Below, in pieces: positions 1 to 9,666 of a DNA stretch of 64,000 nt (the stretch's first letter is position 1; every line of letters starts with the position of its first letter). Below the pieces are notes generated by a model, which was not told where the DNA came from, did no database searches, and saw only the letters and a program-made list of their open reading frames with translations. The translations under genes were made by a program, and so were the position numbers. This stretch comes from Deltaproteobacteria bacterium. GTDB taxonomy: Bacteria > DRYD01. The stretch lies in contig JAPYWL010000001.1 in the NCBI GenBank assembly GCA_028276365.1, positions 16,488-80,487 of the forward strand, read 5' to 3'.

Positions 1-945
1 GCTTTAGCAGTAGCTCAAAAACCGGGAAAAAATTATAACCCATTATTTATTTATGGATTTACTGGTTTGGGAAAAACTCACTTAATGCACGCTATTGGCA
101 ATTATTTAACTCGCAAAAAAAATACTAAAAAAATAATATATATAAGTAGTGAAAAATTTGTTAATGATTTGATTAATTCAATAAAAGAGAAAAAAATAGA
201 GGAATTTAGAGGTAAATATAGAAAATCGGATTTGATATTAATAGATGATATCCAGTTTTTAGTTGGTAAGGAAAGAACTCAGGAAGAATTATTCCATACT
301 TTTAATGATTTATACTTATCTAATAAGCAAATAGTGATTACAAGTGATAGACCTCCCAAAGACTTAGAAGGTATAGAAGATAGATTAAAATCAAGATTTC
401 AAGGAGGATTAATAGCTGATGTTCAACTACCTGACTTTGAAACTCGTAAAGCTATTGTTAAGAAAAAATTAGAGAAATATAATATAGAGTTAGAAGAAGG
501 GGTTATAGATTATTTAGCTAAAAATTTTAGAGATAATGTAAGAGAATTAGAAGGTGCATTGCTTAAAATAATTGCTTTCTCTGATATGGAAAATATTAAA
601 AAAGTATCAGTAGATAAAGCAAAAGAAATATTAAAAGATTTGGTCAATATAGAACAGCAGATAAAAGTAGAAGATATTCTAGAAGCTGTCTTAAATTATT
701 TTAATATAACCAAAGAAGAATTATTTTCTAATTCTCGGGAAAAAAGAATAGTGTATACGAGACAAGTTTTTACTTATTTATTAAGAGATATTTTGGGATT
801 ATCTTTTAAAAGTATTGGAAATATTTTAGGTGGTAAGGATCACACTACTATTATGCATTCTTATGAAAAAATTAATATTATGCTAGCTAGTCCCAAGGTT
901 TATAATGATATATATACCATAAAAAAATTTTTAAATAGAAACTAA
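1..945 (+). CDS. dnaA: Chromosomal replication initiator DnaA, C-terminal ~314 aa (5' end outside the window)
   Basis: Frame 1 is open from base 1 (ALAVAQKPGKNYNPLFIYGFTGLGKTHLMHAIGNY...), so the listed 67..945 ORF starts at an internal TTG. Walker A GLGKTH, Walker B LILIDDIQFL, RFQGGLIADVQLPDFETRKAI, domain IV GGKDHTTIMHSYEKI. Confidence 0.95.
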   Translation, partial: ALAVAQKPGKNYNPLFIYGFTGLGKTHLMHAIGNYLTRKKNTKKIIYISSEKFVNDLINSIKEKKIEEFRGKYRKSDLILIDDIQFLVGKERTQEELFHTFNDLYLSNKQIVITSDRPPKDLEGIEDRLKSRFQGGLIADVQLPDFETRKAIVKKKLEKYNIELEEGVIDYLAKNFRDNVRELEGALLKIIAFSDMENIKKVSVDKAKEILKDLVNIEQQIKVEDILEAVLNYFNITKEELFSNSREKRIVYTRQVFTYLLRDILGLSFKSIGNILGGKDHTTIMHSYEKINIMLASPKVYNDIYTIKKFLNRN

Positions 946-955
946 AATATATATT

Positions 956-1234
956 ATGTTTGAGTTAAATATAAAAAATTTAATAGGATTATTAGGGATG
1001 ATAATATTGGTAAGTTCTTGGATACCCCAAACTTTTGAAACTATTAAATCTAAAAAATGCCCTTTAAATATTAATTTTATTTTACTTTACACTTTTTCTT
1101 CTTTATTATTAACTATTTATTCTCTGTTAATAAAGGATCTTGTATTTTTAATACTTAATTTTTTAGCTTTTTTACAAAGTTTTATTAATTTATATATTAA
1201 ATTGTTTTATGAAAAACTGAAGAAAGAAAATTGA
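956..1234 (+). CDS. Small three-TM PQ-loop / SemiSWEET-like membrane protein
   Basis: 92 aa with three hydrophobic segments. A PQ motif sits in the first helix (VSSWIPQTFETIKSKK), as in bacterial SemiSWEETs. Confidence 0.5.
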   Translation: MFELNIKNLIGLLGMIILVSSWIPQTFETIKSKKCPLNINFILLYTFSSLLLTIYSLLIKDLVFLILNFLAFLQSFINLYIKLFYEKLKKEN

Positions 1235-1283
1235 AAAAGGATTATAAATAAAATAAGAAAATAAAAAGAAGGGAGCTATTTAA

Positions 1284-2156
1284 ATGGGGCATAGTAATTT
1301 AATAAATTTATTTATAGATATAGGTAATACTCATACTGTTTTTGGAATAGATAAGGGATTTAGTTATCAAAATTTTAATAATTTTAATCAAATAAATGAA
1401 AATGAAATAAAAAAAATTCTTGAGAATATAGAAAGTTCTTTAGTGGAAATAAGGTTTTCAACTAATACTATTGATACTTCTGATGATATATTTAATAAAA
1501 TAAGTACTTTTTTTAATTTAAATGCTGTAGATTTTCAAGATAATAGGTATTATATAGATAGGTGTGTAGTTAGTTCTGTAGTTCCTCAGATAAATTTTGT
1601 AATAGAAGATTTTATAAGAAAGTACCTAAAATTAAGAGATAATTTTTATTTTTTAGAAGCTAATGGTAACTTAGGGATTAATTGGAATACTGATAATTAT
1701 AAAGAAATGGGAGCAGATAGAGTAGCAGATATATTAGGTGCTATGTTTTTATTTAAAGATAATTTTATTGTAATAGATTTTGGTACTGCTATTACTATTG
1801 ATATTATTAGAAATAGAACTTATATAGGAGGAGCTATATTACCTGGTTTTTTATTAAATATTAAATCTCTATTTTTAAATACTGCTAAATTACCGATGGT
1901 TGAGGTTAAACCTGCTAATAAGTTATACGATAATACTACTATTGGACAAATTCAAATAGGATGCGTTGATATTGTCTGTAAAGGAATTAATTCTATTATC
2001 TTAGATATTCTAAAAGATTATCCTGATACTAAAGTAATACTTACTGGTGGATTTTCTAATATAATTAAAGATTTAGTTATAAATCATTTTGTTATTCATA
2101 AATTGCAATTTATTGGAATGAAATACTATGTTGATATGAATAATGAAATAATTTAA
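1284..2156 (+). CDS. coaX: Type III pantothenate kinase
   Basis: LFIDIGNTHTVFG, MGADRVADILGA, VIDFGTAITIDI and GGAILPG motifs. SD AAGGGAG upstream. Confidence 0.85.
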   Translation: MGHSNLINLFIDIGNTHTVFGIDKGFSYQNFNNFNQINENEIKKILENIESSLVEIRFSTNTIDTSDDIFNKISTFFNLNAVDFQDNRYYIDRCVVSSVVPQINFVIEDFIRKYLKLRDNFYFLEANGNLGINWNTDNYKEMGADRVADILGAMFLFKDNFIVIDFGTAITIDIIRNRTYIGGAILPGFLLNIKSLFLNTAKLPMVEVKPANKLYDNTTIGQIQIGCVDIVCKGINSIILDILKDYPDTKVILTGGFSNIIKDLVINHFVIHKLQFIGMKYYVDMNNEII

Positions 2157-2181
2157 GTAAGTTTGGTGGAGGTTTTATTTT

Positions 2182-3342
2182 ATGGATAGAGTGTATATTT
2201 TTGATACTACTTTAAGAGATGGGGACCAAACTCCAGGGGTTTCTTTTACTTTAGAACAAAAATTGGAAATAGCGAAACTTTTAGAGGAAATGAAGGTAGA
2301 TATAATAGAGGCAGGATTTGCTGCTGCTTCTGAAGGAGAATTTAATACTGTTAAAACTATTGCAAAAGAAATTAAGAACTCTGTTGTAGCTACTTTATGT
2401 AGAACTGTTCCAAAAGACATAGATTTAGGTTGGGAAGCTGTTAAATACGCTTTAAATCCTAGAATCCATGTATTTATTTCTACTTCTGATATACATTTAC
2501 AATATATGATGAAAAAAACAAGAGAAGAAGTATTAGAAATAACAGAAAATATGGTTAAATATGCTAAAAAATATTGCTCAGATGTTGAGTTTTCTGCTCA
2601 AGATGCTACTAGAAGTGATTTAAACTTTTTATTAAAAGTAATTAAAGTAGCAGTAGATTCAGGTGCTACTACTGTTAATATCCCCGATACTGTAGGCTAT
2701 ATAACTCCTGCTGAATACTATGATATTATATCAAAAGTAAAAGAAGTAATACAAGATAAGGCTATTATATCAGTACATTGTCATGACGATTTAGGGATGG
2801 CAGTAGCTAATAGTTTATATGCATTAAAAGCTGGAGCTAGACAAGTAGAAGGTACAATAAACGGAATAGGGGAGCGTGCAGGTAATACTGCCTTAGAAGA
2901 AGTTATCATGGCTATCAAAGTTAGAAAAGATTATTATAATCTATATACTAATATTGATACTACTAAAATTTATAAAGTTAGTCAAACTGTTAGTACATAT
3001 TCAGGGATACCTATTCCGCCTAATAAAGCTATTGTAGGATTGAATGCTTTTAGACACCAATCTGGAGTTCATCAACATGGTGTGGTTTCTAATAGATTGA
3101 ATTATGAAATAATAGATCCTAAAGATATTGGATTAGAAAGAGGGGGAATATTAGTATTGAATAAGAACTCTGGAAGACATGGATTATTTGCTAAATTAAG
3201 AGAATTAGGTTATGAAGTACCTTATAACTTAATGGAAAATATATTTATAGAGTTTAAAAAATTAGCTGATATTAAAGGAGAAATAAAAGATCCTGATTTA
3301 ATTGATTTAATGAAAAAATTTGATATAAAATCAAAATCTTAG
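2182..3342 (+). CDS. 2-isopropylmalate / citramalate / homocitrate synthase family enzyme, short form without the C-terminal regulatory domain
   Basis: [69 protein letters not shown]. The ORF ends at 386 aa, so there is no room for a LeuA-dimer regulatory domain. SD GGTGGAGG upstream. Confidence 0.8.
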   Translation: MDRVYIFDTTLRDGDQTPGVSFTLEQKLEIAKLLEEMKVDIIEAGFAAASEGEFNTVKTIAKEIKNSVVATLCRTVPKDIDLGWEAVKYALNPRIHVFISTSDIHLQYMMKKTREEVLEITENMVKYAKKYCSDVEFSAQDATRSDLNFLLKVIKVAVDSGATTVNIPDTVGYITPAEYYDIISKVKEVIQDKAIISVHCHDDLGMAVANSLYALKAGARQVEGTINGIGERAGNTALEEVIMAIKVRKDYYNLYTNIDTTKIYKVSQTVSTYSGIPIPPNKAIVGLNAFRHQSGVHQHGVVSNRLNYEIIDPKDIGLERGGILVLNKNSGRHGLFAKLRELGYEVPYNLMENIFIEFKKLADIKGEIKDPDLIDLMKKFDIKSKS

Positions 3343-3373
3343 TTTTTTATATTAGAACTTTTTATATTACAAA

Positions 3374-4180
3374 ATGTTTCTAAAAAAATTATTATCTTCT
3401 TTTCTTTTGTCACCTTTTATTATTATTTTCCTGTTTATACCTTTTTTATTTTTAGCTGATTTTAAAAAAAATAAAAAAATAAAATTATATATCTTTTTTG
3501 TTTGCTTTTTAATTTATTTTCTTAGTACTGATTTTGGCAAAAATTTTATTTTTTATTTTTTAGAAAAGGATTATATTGATTATAATGTTAAGGATATTGT
3601 CTCGAATTTAAAAGGAATAAAAAATGATAAACTAAATTTAGTAGTAGTTTTAGCAGCAGGTGGAGATTATAGATACCAATTATCTGAGGATTCTTATGAT
3701 AGATTATTCATAGCATATTTTTTATATAAAAGATATAATTGTGATATATTTTTAAGTGGAGGAGCTATATCTAATAATATTAATTTAAAAGTCCCTATTT
3801 CTAATATTATGTATTTTTATTTACAAAATTTAGGGGTTCCTAAAGAAAAAATCTTTATAGATGATAAATCCCTTGATACTTTTCAAAATATTAATAATTT
3901 AAAAAAATTTATTTCTAATAAAAATTATAATAATATTATTATTCTTACTTCTTCTTATCATATACCAAGGACTAAATTATTATTTAATAACTTAATAGAT
4001 AACAATAAATTAAAATCTAAGGTTATATTTCTTGGTTGTTCTTTTAAATATTCAAAATACTATGATGTTTATTCTTTTATTCCTTCTTTTTATAACCTAT
4101 ATCTATCTTTTTTGGGAATCAAAGAATATTTGGGAATTATTTATTATTATTTTTACTTTTATAGGTTGAAAAAATCTTAA
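3374..4180 (+). CDS. DUF218 (YdcF/SanA-like) membrane-anchored protein
   Basis: N-terminal TM segments, then VVVLAAGGDYR, IFLSGG and IIILTSSYHIPRT, typical of DUF218. Confidence 0.6.
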   Translation: MFLKKLLSSFLLSPFIIIFLFIPFLFLADFKKNKKIKLYIFFVCFLIYFLSTDFGKNFIFYFLEKDYIDYNVKDIVSNLKGIKNDKLNLVVVLAAGGDYRYQLSEDSYDRLFIAYFLYKRYNCDIFLSGGAISNNINLKVPISNIMYFYLQNLGVPKEKIFIDDKSLDTFQNINNLKKFISNKNYNNIIILTSSYHIPRTKLLFNNLIDNNKLKSKVIFLGCSFKYSKYYDVYSFIPSFYNLYLSFLGIKEYLGIIYYYFYFYRLKKS

Positions 4181-4349
4181 ATAAATAAATTAACTAATTG
4201 TTAAAAATTTACTATATTTTAATAAAAATTATACCTAATTTGTAAAAAAAATGTTAAAAAATGAAAGATGATTATTTATTTTTTTTTAAATTGATTATAT
4301 ATATATTGTAAGGAAATAAAAAGTAAACAAAAGATGGAGGTGAAAAAAT

Positions 4350-4988
4350 ATGATAGGTTGGCCTTATAATTATCATTATAACTCAGAGGTAGGTCATTGG
4401 GTACCTAATAGAGAGGGGTTAATAAATAGAATGTTTGATAGAAGATATGTAGGAGATGCTGATTTCTATAGAGAAGCAAGAAGTGGTAGATTAAATAGAG
4501 ATGAATTTACCTCTTTACAAATGTATCAAGCAGAAACTGAAAGATTAAGAGCTAAATTCTTAAGCGATGGAATTTTAGATGATAATGAAAGAAGAATTTT
4601 AGGAGAAAGGCAAAGAGAATTGGATAGATTATATAATACTTATCTCCAAGGAGACTATTATCCAAACTATCAAGTTGGGGGTTATAGGAACGGTGATAGA
4701 ATGGATCGTATAGTAGATCAAAGAATGATAGATCAATATGGAAGAATCTATGATGGTATAAGAAATGGAGAATTGACCTATAGGGAATATAATAGATTAG
4801 ATAATAATTTAGAAGCCATTTCAAGATATAGGGGATATGCTAGTGCTTACGGATGGAATTACAATCCATTTTATAAACCTAACTTACATGCTTCATTAGA
4901 TTATAATAATAATTTATTGAATTATTATAATAATAATTTTGAAAGACAGTGGTGGAGGTATTTTGTACCTACATATGGGATAGCATAA
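4350..4988 (+). CDS. Hypothetical R/Y/N/D-rich protein with three ~26-aa internal repeats
   Basis: Strong SD (GATGGAGGTG) 7 nt before the ATG and a strong terminator downstream. Locally higher GC than the neighbours. Repeats are SGRLNRDEFTSLQ..., DGILDDNERRILGERQ... and NGELTYREYNRLD.... No signal peptide or TM segment. Confidence 0.6.
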   Translation: MIGWPYNYHYNSEVGHWVPNREGLINRMFDRRYVGDADFYREARSGRLNRDEFTSLQMYQAETERLRAKFLSDGILDDNERRILGERQRELDRLYNTYLQGDYYPNYQVGGYRNGDRMDRIVDQRMIDQYGRIYDGIRNGELTYREYNRLDNNLEAISRYRGYASAYGWNYNPFYKPNLHASLDYNNNLLNYYNNNFERQWWRYFVPTYGIA

Positions 4989-5033
4989 TTATTCTTTCAA
5001 TTAAATAATTACTATCTAAATTAAGGAATAAAG

Positions 5034-5064
5034 AAAAAGGGGGAGCTCACGTGCCCCCTTTTTT
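5034..5064. terminator. Bidirectional rho-independent terminator between convergent genes
   Basis: AAAAAGGGGG-agctcacgtg-CCCCCTTTTTT: a G5/C5 stem flanked by an A-run and a T-run. It sits between the 4350..4988 (+) ORF and uppS (-). Confidence 0.75.
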
Positions 5065-5081
5065 ACAATCTTTATTTTTAT

Positions 5082-5807
5082 TTATTTACCTAATCGCCTT
5101 TCACGCTTTTGGTATTCCAGAATTGCATAGATGTAATCACTTAAAGTAAAATCTGGCCATAATTTAGGAGAAAAATAAAGCTCAGTATATGATATTTGAT
5201 ACAATAAAAAATTACTTATTCTATACTCGTTTCCAGTTCTAATAAGTAAATCTGGTTCCTCTACTAATAAGTAAGATTTTATTAATTCTGAATTTATATA
5301 TTTAGCTTCTATTTTATCTTCTATTATTTTCTTAATAGCTTGTTCAATATCATATCTACCTGAATAATTTATCATTACATTTACTTTAATAATGTAATCT
5401 TTAGAAGTTTCAGCCTCCATTAAATCAAAGAGATTTAGTATTTCAGACTTTATGTTAAATCTATCTCCAATAAATTTAACAAAAACTTTATCTTCTTTTA
5501 ATCTAGATAACTCCCTTTTAATAAGGTATTCCATTAAATTAAAAATGAATTCAATTTCATTTTTATTTCTAGCCCAATTTTCTTTTGAAAAAGCAAAAAA
5601 AGATAATTCTTTTATTCCTAAATATCTAGATAAATCTATTATATTTTTAAATACGTTAAAACCTTTTTGATGTCCTACATAAGATGGTAAATTTTTAGCT
5701 TTAGCCCATCTTCTATTACCATCCATTATAAAAGCAATATGATTAGGTAATTTAGTTTTATCTATTAATTTTATTAAATCTTCTAATTCACTATCTATTA
5801 TTAACAT
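5082..5807 (-). CDS. uppS: Undecaprenyl diphosphate synthase (cis-prenyltransferase)
   Basis: HIAFIMDGNRRWAK, FAFSKENWARNKNEIEFIF, LLIRTGNEYRISNFLLYQISYTELYFSPKLWPDF. Confidence 0.9.
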   Translation of the reverse strand: MLIIDSELEDLIKLIDKTKLPNHIAFIMDGNRRWAKAKNLPSYVGHQKGFNVFKNIIDLSRYLGIKELSFFAFSKENWARNKNEIEFIFNLMEYLIKRELSRLKEDKVFVKFIGDRFNIKSEILNLFDLMEAETSKDYIIKVNVMINYSGRYDIEQAIKKIIEDKIEAKYINSELIKSYLLVEEPDLLIRTGNEYRISNFLLYQISYTELYFSPKLWPDFTLSDYIYAILEYQKRERRLGK

Positions 5808-5843
5808 ACCTTAAGTTATTAAGAAAATTTTTTATGAATTACT

Positions 5844-6368
5844 TTAATTTATATTGAATATTACTAATATATTAGTTCCTTTTTCGGATGTATTAATATA
5901 AATTTTATTGGCTAATGTAGAGCATATATTAAATCCGTATCCTAAAGAATCTTCTTTTGAAGAATAATTAGTTAAAGTTACATATGGGATTTTATCCAGA
6001 TTTATTCCACTTCCTTCATCATTAAACTCCATTAAAATTAAATTTGGATATATATTTAAAGTAAATGTTCCTCCTTTTGCATGCTTTATCATATTAGTTG
6101 CTAATTCACTAAATACTAATAAAAGCTGATATATTTTTTGAGGGTTATTTTTTAATTTCTCTATATTAGTTAAAATCTTTTCTAAATTTGACCTACTATA
6201 AGATACATCAAAATCCTTTAAAATATTTTCTTTTATAACAACTAAAGAAGGACTTTGACTAATTAAATTATGTTTTATTTGAATATATTCATCATACCTT
6301 ACTAATTCTATTTTACCTTCTGTTAATTTATAGATTATTTCTTTTATTAATTTTAAATTGGTATTCAT
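5844..6368 (-). CDS. GHKL-type ATPase / anti-sigma-factor-like Ser/Thr kinase (RsbW/RsbT/SpoIIAB type)
   Basis: N-box ELATNMIKHA, G1 NDEGSGI, G2 LGYGFNI. 174 aa with a ~60-aa N-terminal extension. Confidence 0.6.
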   Translation of the reverse strand: MNTNLKLIKEIIYKLTEGKIELVRYDEYIQIKHNLISQSPSLVVIKENILKDFDVSYSRSNLEKILTNIEKLKNNPQKIYQLLLVFSELATNMIKHAKGGTFTLNIYPNLILMEFNDEGSGINLDKIPYVTLTNYSSKEDSLGYGFNICSTLANKIYINTSEKGTNILVIFNIN

Positions 6369-6405
6369 CTATGAAAATATTTTTAATAGATTTTAATAAG
6401 AAATT

Positions 6406-6777
6406 TTAATAAGAATTAAAAGCATAATCAATAGCCATATTGATATATAATTCATTTATACCTTTTGGATAGGTATTATCATACAAAATAACTAAGAAAA
6501 TATCATCGTTTTTTATTTCAATAAAATCAACAGTATTTTCTTCAAATTGTAATTTTATTCTTTTTAGATTTTTATCATTTATTATAGAAATATATTTAGA
6601 GGATTCTATTTTATAGTTTATGAATTTATCTATATAGTCTAAAGCTAGTTCTAAGAAACTTTGAAAATTATTAGGATCTTTAATAGTAGATTCTATTACT
6701 TCACCTCCAGCTAATCTTGATATAATTAAGGCTCCTTTTATTGAATCGTTTTCTAATAATGTTTCTAAATTTTGCAT
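6406..6777 (-). CDS. Roadblock/LC7 (MglB-like) domain protein (tentative)
   Basis: 123 aa. IKGALIISRLAGGEVIEST, then a helix FQSFLELALDYIDKFINY, then DIFLVILYDNTYPKGINELYINMAI. This matches the alpha-beta-alpha Roadblock pattern by eye only. Confidence 0.4.
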   Translation of the reverse strand: MQNLETLLENDSIKGALIISRLAGGEVIESTIKDPNNFQSFLELALDYIDKFINYKIESSKYISIINDKNLKRIKLQFEENTVDFIEIKNDDIFLVILYDNTYPKGINELYINMAIDYAFNSY

Positions 6778-6795
6778 AACCCTTAAATTTTATTT

Positions 6796-6848
6796 TACCA
6801 GCTAATTTATATTCCGCTTAGCTGGTAAGCGGTATTTTCTTATTTTTT
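6796..6848. promoter_or_regulatory. Two mutually exclusive GC-rich hairpins followed by a T-run
   Basis: Hairpin 1 is TACCAGCTAA (6796-6805) / TTAGCTGGTA (6818-6827). Hairpin 2 is CCGCTTA (6814-6820) / TAAGCGG (6826-6832), followed by TATTTTCTTATTTTTT on the + strand. The arms overlap, so only one hairpin can form. Confidence 0.45.
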
Positions 6849-6881
6849 ATAATTTTTTATTATATTTTTTATAATTTTTAA

Positions 6882-9632
6882 TTATAATAACTCCAATACA
6901 CTTAATTTACTAATTATATTGTTTATTAGCTCTACATCTAATTTACTAATTTCTATAATTATTATTATATTTTTAAAATTTAGTAAAAAGTTATATTTAT
7001 CAGAAATTTTAAATACTAATAAATTTAAATTAATTTTTGGCAGGATACAGGATGAATATAATTTATAAACTAATTTTAATTCATTTATAATTTTTTCTTT
7101 AGGAACTAAGCTAAATTTTTCTTCATTTAATATTTCCCAATCTTTATTCATAATATAATAATTTTCTATTCCCATCTCTTTTATATAATTATCTATATAT
7201 TCAATGACTTCTTTTTTATATTTTACTAAAATTTCTTTATTATCAACATTAAAATTATTAATCCAATTAAATTCAATTTCTTTTAAGAAAGAAACACCCA
7301 ATATCAAACTACTTATATTTAAAAAACTATAGAAACTAAGTTTATCGTAAATTAATAATAATTCGAATTTCTTTGATGTTATATTTTCTTTTATATTTGA
7401 TAATTTATTAAAAATAATTTCTAATTGATTAGCTATTGGTATATTTTTAGGGAAAATAGTTAATTTATTTGAATATAGAATAATAAGAGTATTTAAAAGT
7501 AAAGATTTTGATTTACTAAATTCTAATATATCCTGTATAACTTTAGGAAAATTATTTTTGCCTTCTTTTGCAAATAATAATATGAAAGTATTAAATATTT
7601 CATTGAATATTTTTATGTTTTTTAAAGAATATAATTCTGTAAATATATTAACTTCCTTAAATGAAATAGAATTAATGTAATTATTTACTAATTCATATTT
7701 GTTTAAAATAACCTTTTCTTCTAATAATTCTTCTTGAATTAATTTTTCTTGCATTTGTTTTTCTTCTATTGTTTCTATTTCTTCTATTGTTTTATCTATA
7801 CTCATTATATCTATATCTATTAACTGTTTTTCATCTTTTGATATAAAATCATTTAATTCAATATCGGATTTGTATTCTGGTTCAGACTTAGTTTTTAATT
7901 CAGATTTAATTTCTTCTTTAATTTCTAATTCAAGTGTGGATTCTAATTGATTAGCATTTGTATTTTCAATAGAAGTTATTGAATTTAAGTTTTCTAAGCC
8001 TTGTGTTGATATTTGTTCTGATTCTTTTGTATTTATCTCAATATTATTGAAAGAGCTTTCACTTTTAAAATCAGATTCTATAATTTTATTATCAATTGTT
8101 TTTTCTTCTTTTGATGTATTTAAAATTATGTTTTCTTCTAAAATATTATCAATATCTTTAGTTATATTTTCTATTTCTTGTTGATTTATTTTAGTTTCTG
8201 TTTGGGGTTGTAAACTTACTTTTTCTGTACTTAAAATTTCGCTTGAAGTTTTTTCAATCTGAATTTCTGTAATTATTTCATCTGTATTTTTATCTGTATT
8301 TTCAATTATTTTGTTTATAGCAATTGATTCAATTTCTCTTTCTTTTTCTTCTAATTTATGTAAGATAGGCTTTTCAAAAGATAATAAATCTTCTTTTATT
8401 TTTTCTGGGGATCTTAAAGATATATAATTTACATAATTATTTAAATCAAAATTGATTATAATTTCATTTATATTCTTTTCAAAAATTTTATTATTTATTA
8501 TTTCTTTTATAAAATCCATTTTGTTAACGAAATTATCATAATTAATTTTATCAAAATAAATAATAAATGAATTTGGTAAATTAAAATTGATAAATTTTTC
8601 GTTAATCAATTTGTGATTTGAAATAGGATTTATAACAAAAAACGAACTTGCAATATTAAGTACTTCCATGTCTTTTATATATGAAAAATAATTTATTAAA
8701 TTAGAATTATTTAAATTAATTATGAAAATAAAAAATAGTATGGAATTAATATCTATTAACATAATATCTTTTGTGTATTCATATATTTTAAGATTATTAG
8801 AAAAATTATTTAATAGATATTCTATTATTATATTTTTAAGCCATATACTATTATTTATAAATCTTTCAAAAAATATAGATATCTCAAACTTAGGATCTAT
8901 AATTTCATTTTTTAAAGGTTTTTTACAATAAGGACATAAAAAAGTATTGATTACTGATTTTAAATTATTTACATTATTAGTTTGAAATATAAACTCATTT
9001 TTTACAGAACACTTAAATATAAATAAAATTTTTAAAAAATTAATATTTTCTAATTCCTGTAAATATAATAAATTATTTTCGTTTAATTCAATTGGATTTT
9101 GATTAAAGATAGAATTTATAATATTTATAAAATCTGGAGTAATTATTTTCTTAGATAAATCTAATTCTTTTTGGGAAATATTTAAATTATATTTATTTAA
9201 ATATTGAGTAAATAAAGCGATTTTTTCGTAATCCTTAAAGTATAATTCATAATTACTTATTTCTTCTAATCCTAAAATATTAGCTAATGTTTCTATTATT
9301 AATAAATCATTAGAAAAATTTTTTTCAAAAATAATATAAAAAACTATTAAAAACTCGTCATTTACTTTATTGGGAAAGAAAATTATGATATTATTGATAT
9401 TAGGATTAAAAAAATGAAGAGGCTTAAACAAATAATAATTTTGAGTATTAATCTCTAATTCTTTTACAATATTATAATTTATGAAATTAAAATTTTCTTG
9501 TAAAAAAGTATTAAGTATTTTAGCTTGAATTTCAGTTATTGAATTATTATTTTTTAATTTAAAAATTTTTTTTAATATTAATTTATTTGAGTAGGAACTT
9601 TTAATACTATTTTCTATTTTAGAATTTATCAT
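6882..9632 (-). CDS. Large hypothetical protein (916 aa) with a central acidic low-complexity linker
   Basis: Long uninterrupted ORF with SD GAGGTGA upstream. Single CPYC, an E/K/I/T-rich region at about residues 440-640, and a C-terminal ~110 aa with a Roadblock-like pattern (GIENYYIMNKDWEIL ... NFLLNFKNIIIIIEISKLDVELINNIISKL). No catalytic motif recognised. Confidence 0.65.
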   Translation of the reverse strand: MINSKIENSIKSSYSNKLILKKIFKLKNNNSITEIQAKILNTFLQENFNFINYNIVKELEINTQNYYLFKPLHFFNPNINNIIIFFPNKVNDEFLIVFYIIFEKNFSNDLLIIETLANILGLEEISNYELYFKDYEKIALFTQYLNKYNLNISQKELDLSKKIITPDFINIINSIFNQNPIELNENNLLYLQELENINFLKILFIFKCSVKNEFIFQTNNVNNLKSVINTFLCPYCKKPLKNEIIDPKFEISIFFERFINNSIWLKNIIIEYLLNNFSNNLKIYEYTKDIMLIDINSILFFIFIINLNNSNLINYFSYIKDMEVLNIASSFFVINPISNHKLINEKFINFNLPNSFIIYFDKINYDNFVNKMDFIKEIINNKIFEKNINEIIINFDLNNYVNYISLRSPEKIKEDLLSFEKPILHKLEEKEREIESIAINKIIENTDKNTDEIITEIQIEKTSSEILSTEKVSLQPQTETKINQQEIENITKDIDNILEENIILNTSKEEKTIDNKIIESDFKSESSFNNIEINTKESEQISTQGLENLNSITSIENTNANQLESTLELEIKEEIKSELKTKSEPEYKSDIELNDFISKDEKQLIDIDIMSIDKTIEEIETIEEKQMQEKLIQEELLEEKVILNKYELVNNYINSISFKEVNIFTELYSLKNIKIFNEIFNTFILLFAKEGKNNFPKVIQDILEFSKSKSLLLNTLIILYSNKLTIFPKNIPIANQLEIIFNKLSNIKENITSKKFELLLIYDKLSFYSFLNISSLILGVSFLKEIEFNWINNFNVDNKEILVKYKKEVIEYIDNYIKEMGIENYYIMNKDWEILNEEKFSLVPKEKIINELKLVYKLYSSCILPKINLNLLVFKISDKYNFLLNFKNIIIIIEISKLDVELINNIISKLSVLELL

Positions 9633-9666
9633 TAAAAATCACCTCAATTTTCTTAGTTTATAATCT

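Noticed and set aside
2175-2420. 81-aa minus-strand ORF.
   Set aside because: It is antisense to the 5' end of the LeuA-family gene, whose motifs are unambiguous. It has no SD.
4552-4824. 90-aa minus-strand ORF.
   Set aside because: It is antisense inside the 4350..4988 ORF, which has the strong SD and terminator. It is likely a frame artefact.
5452-5670. 72-aa + strand ORF.
   Set aside because: It is antisense inside uppS.
8722-8931. 69-aa + strand ORF.
   Set aside because: It is antisense inside the 916-aa gene, and low-complexity AT-rich sequence easily yields such ORFs.
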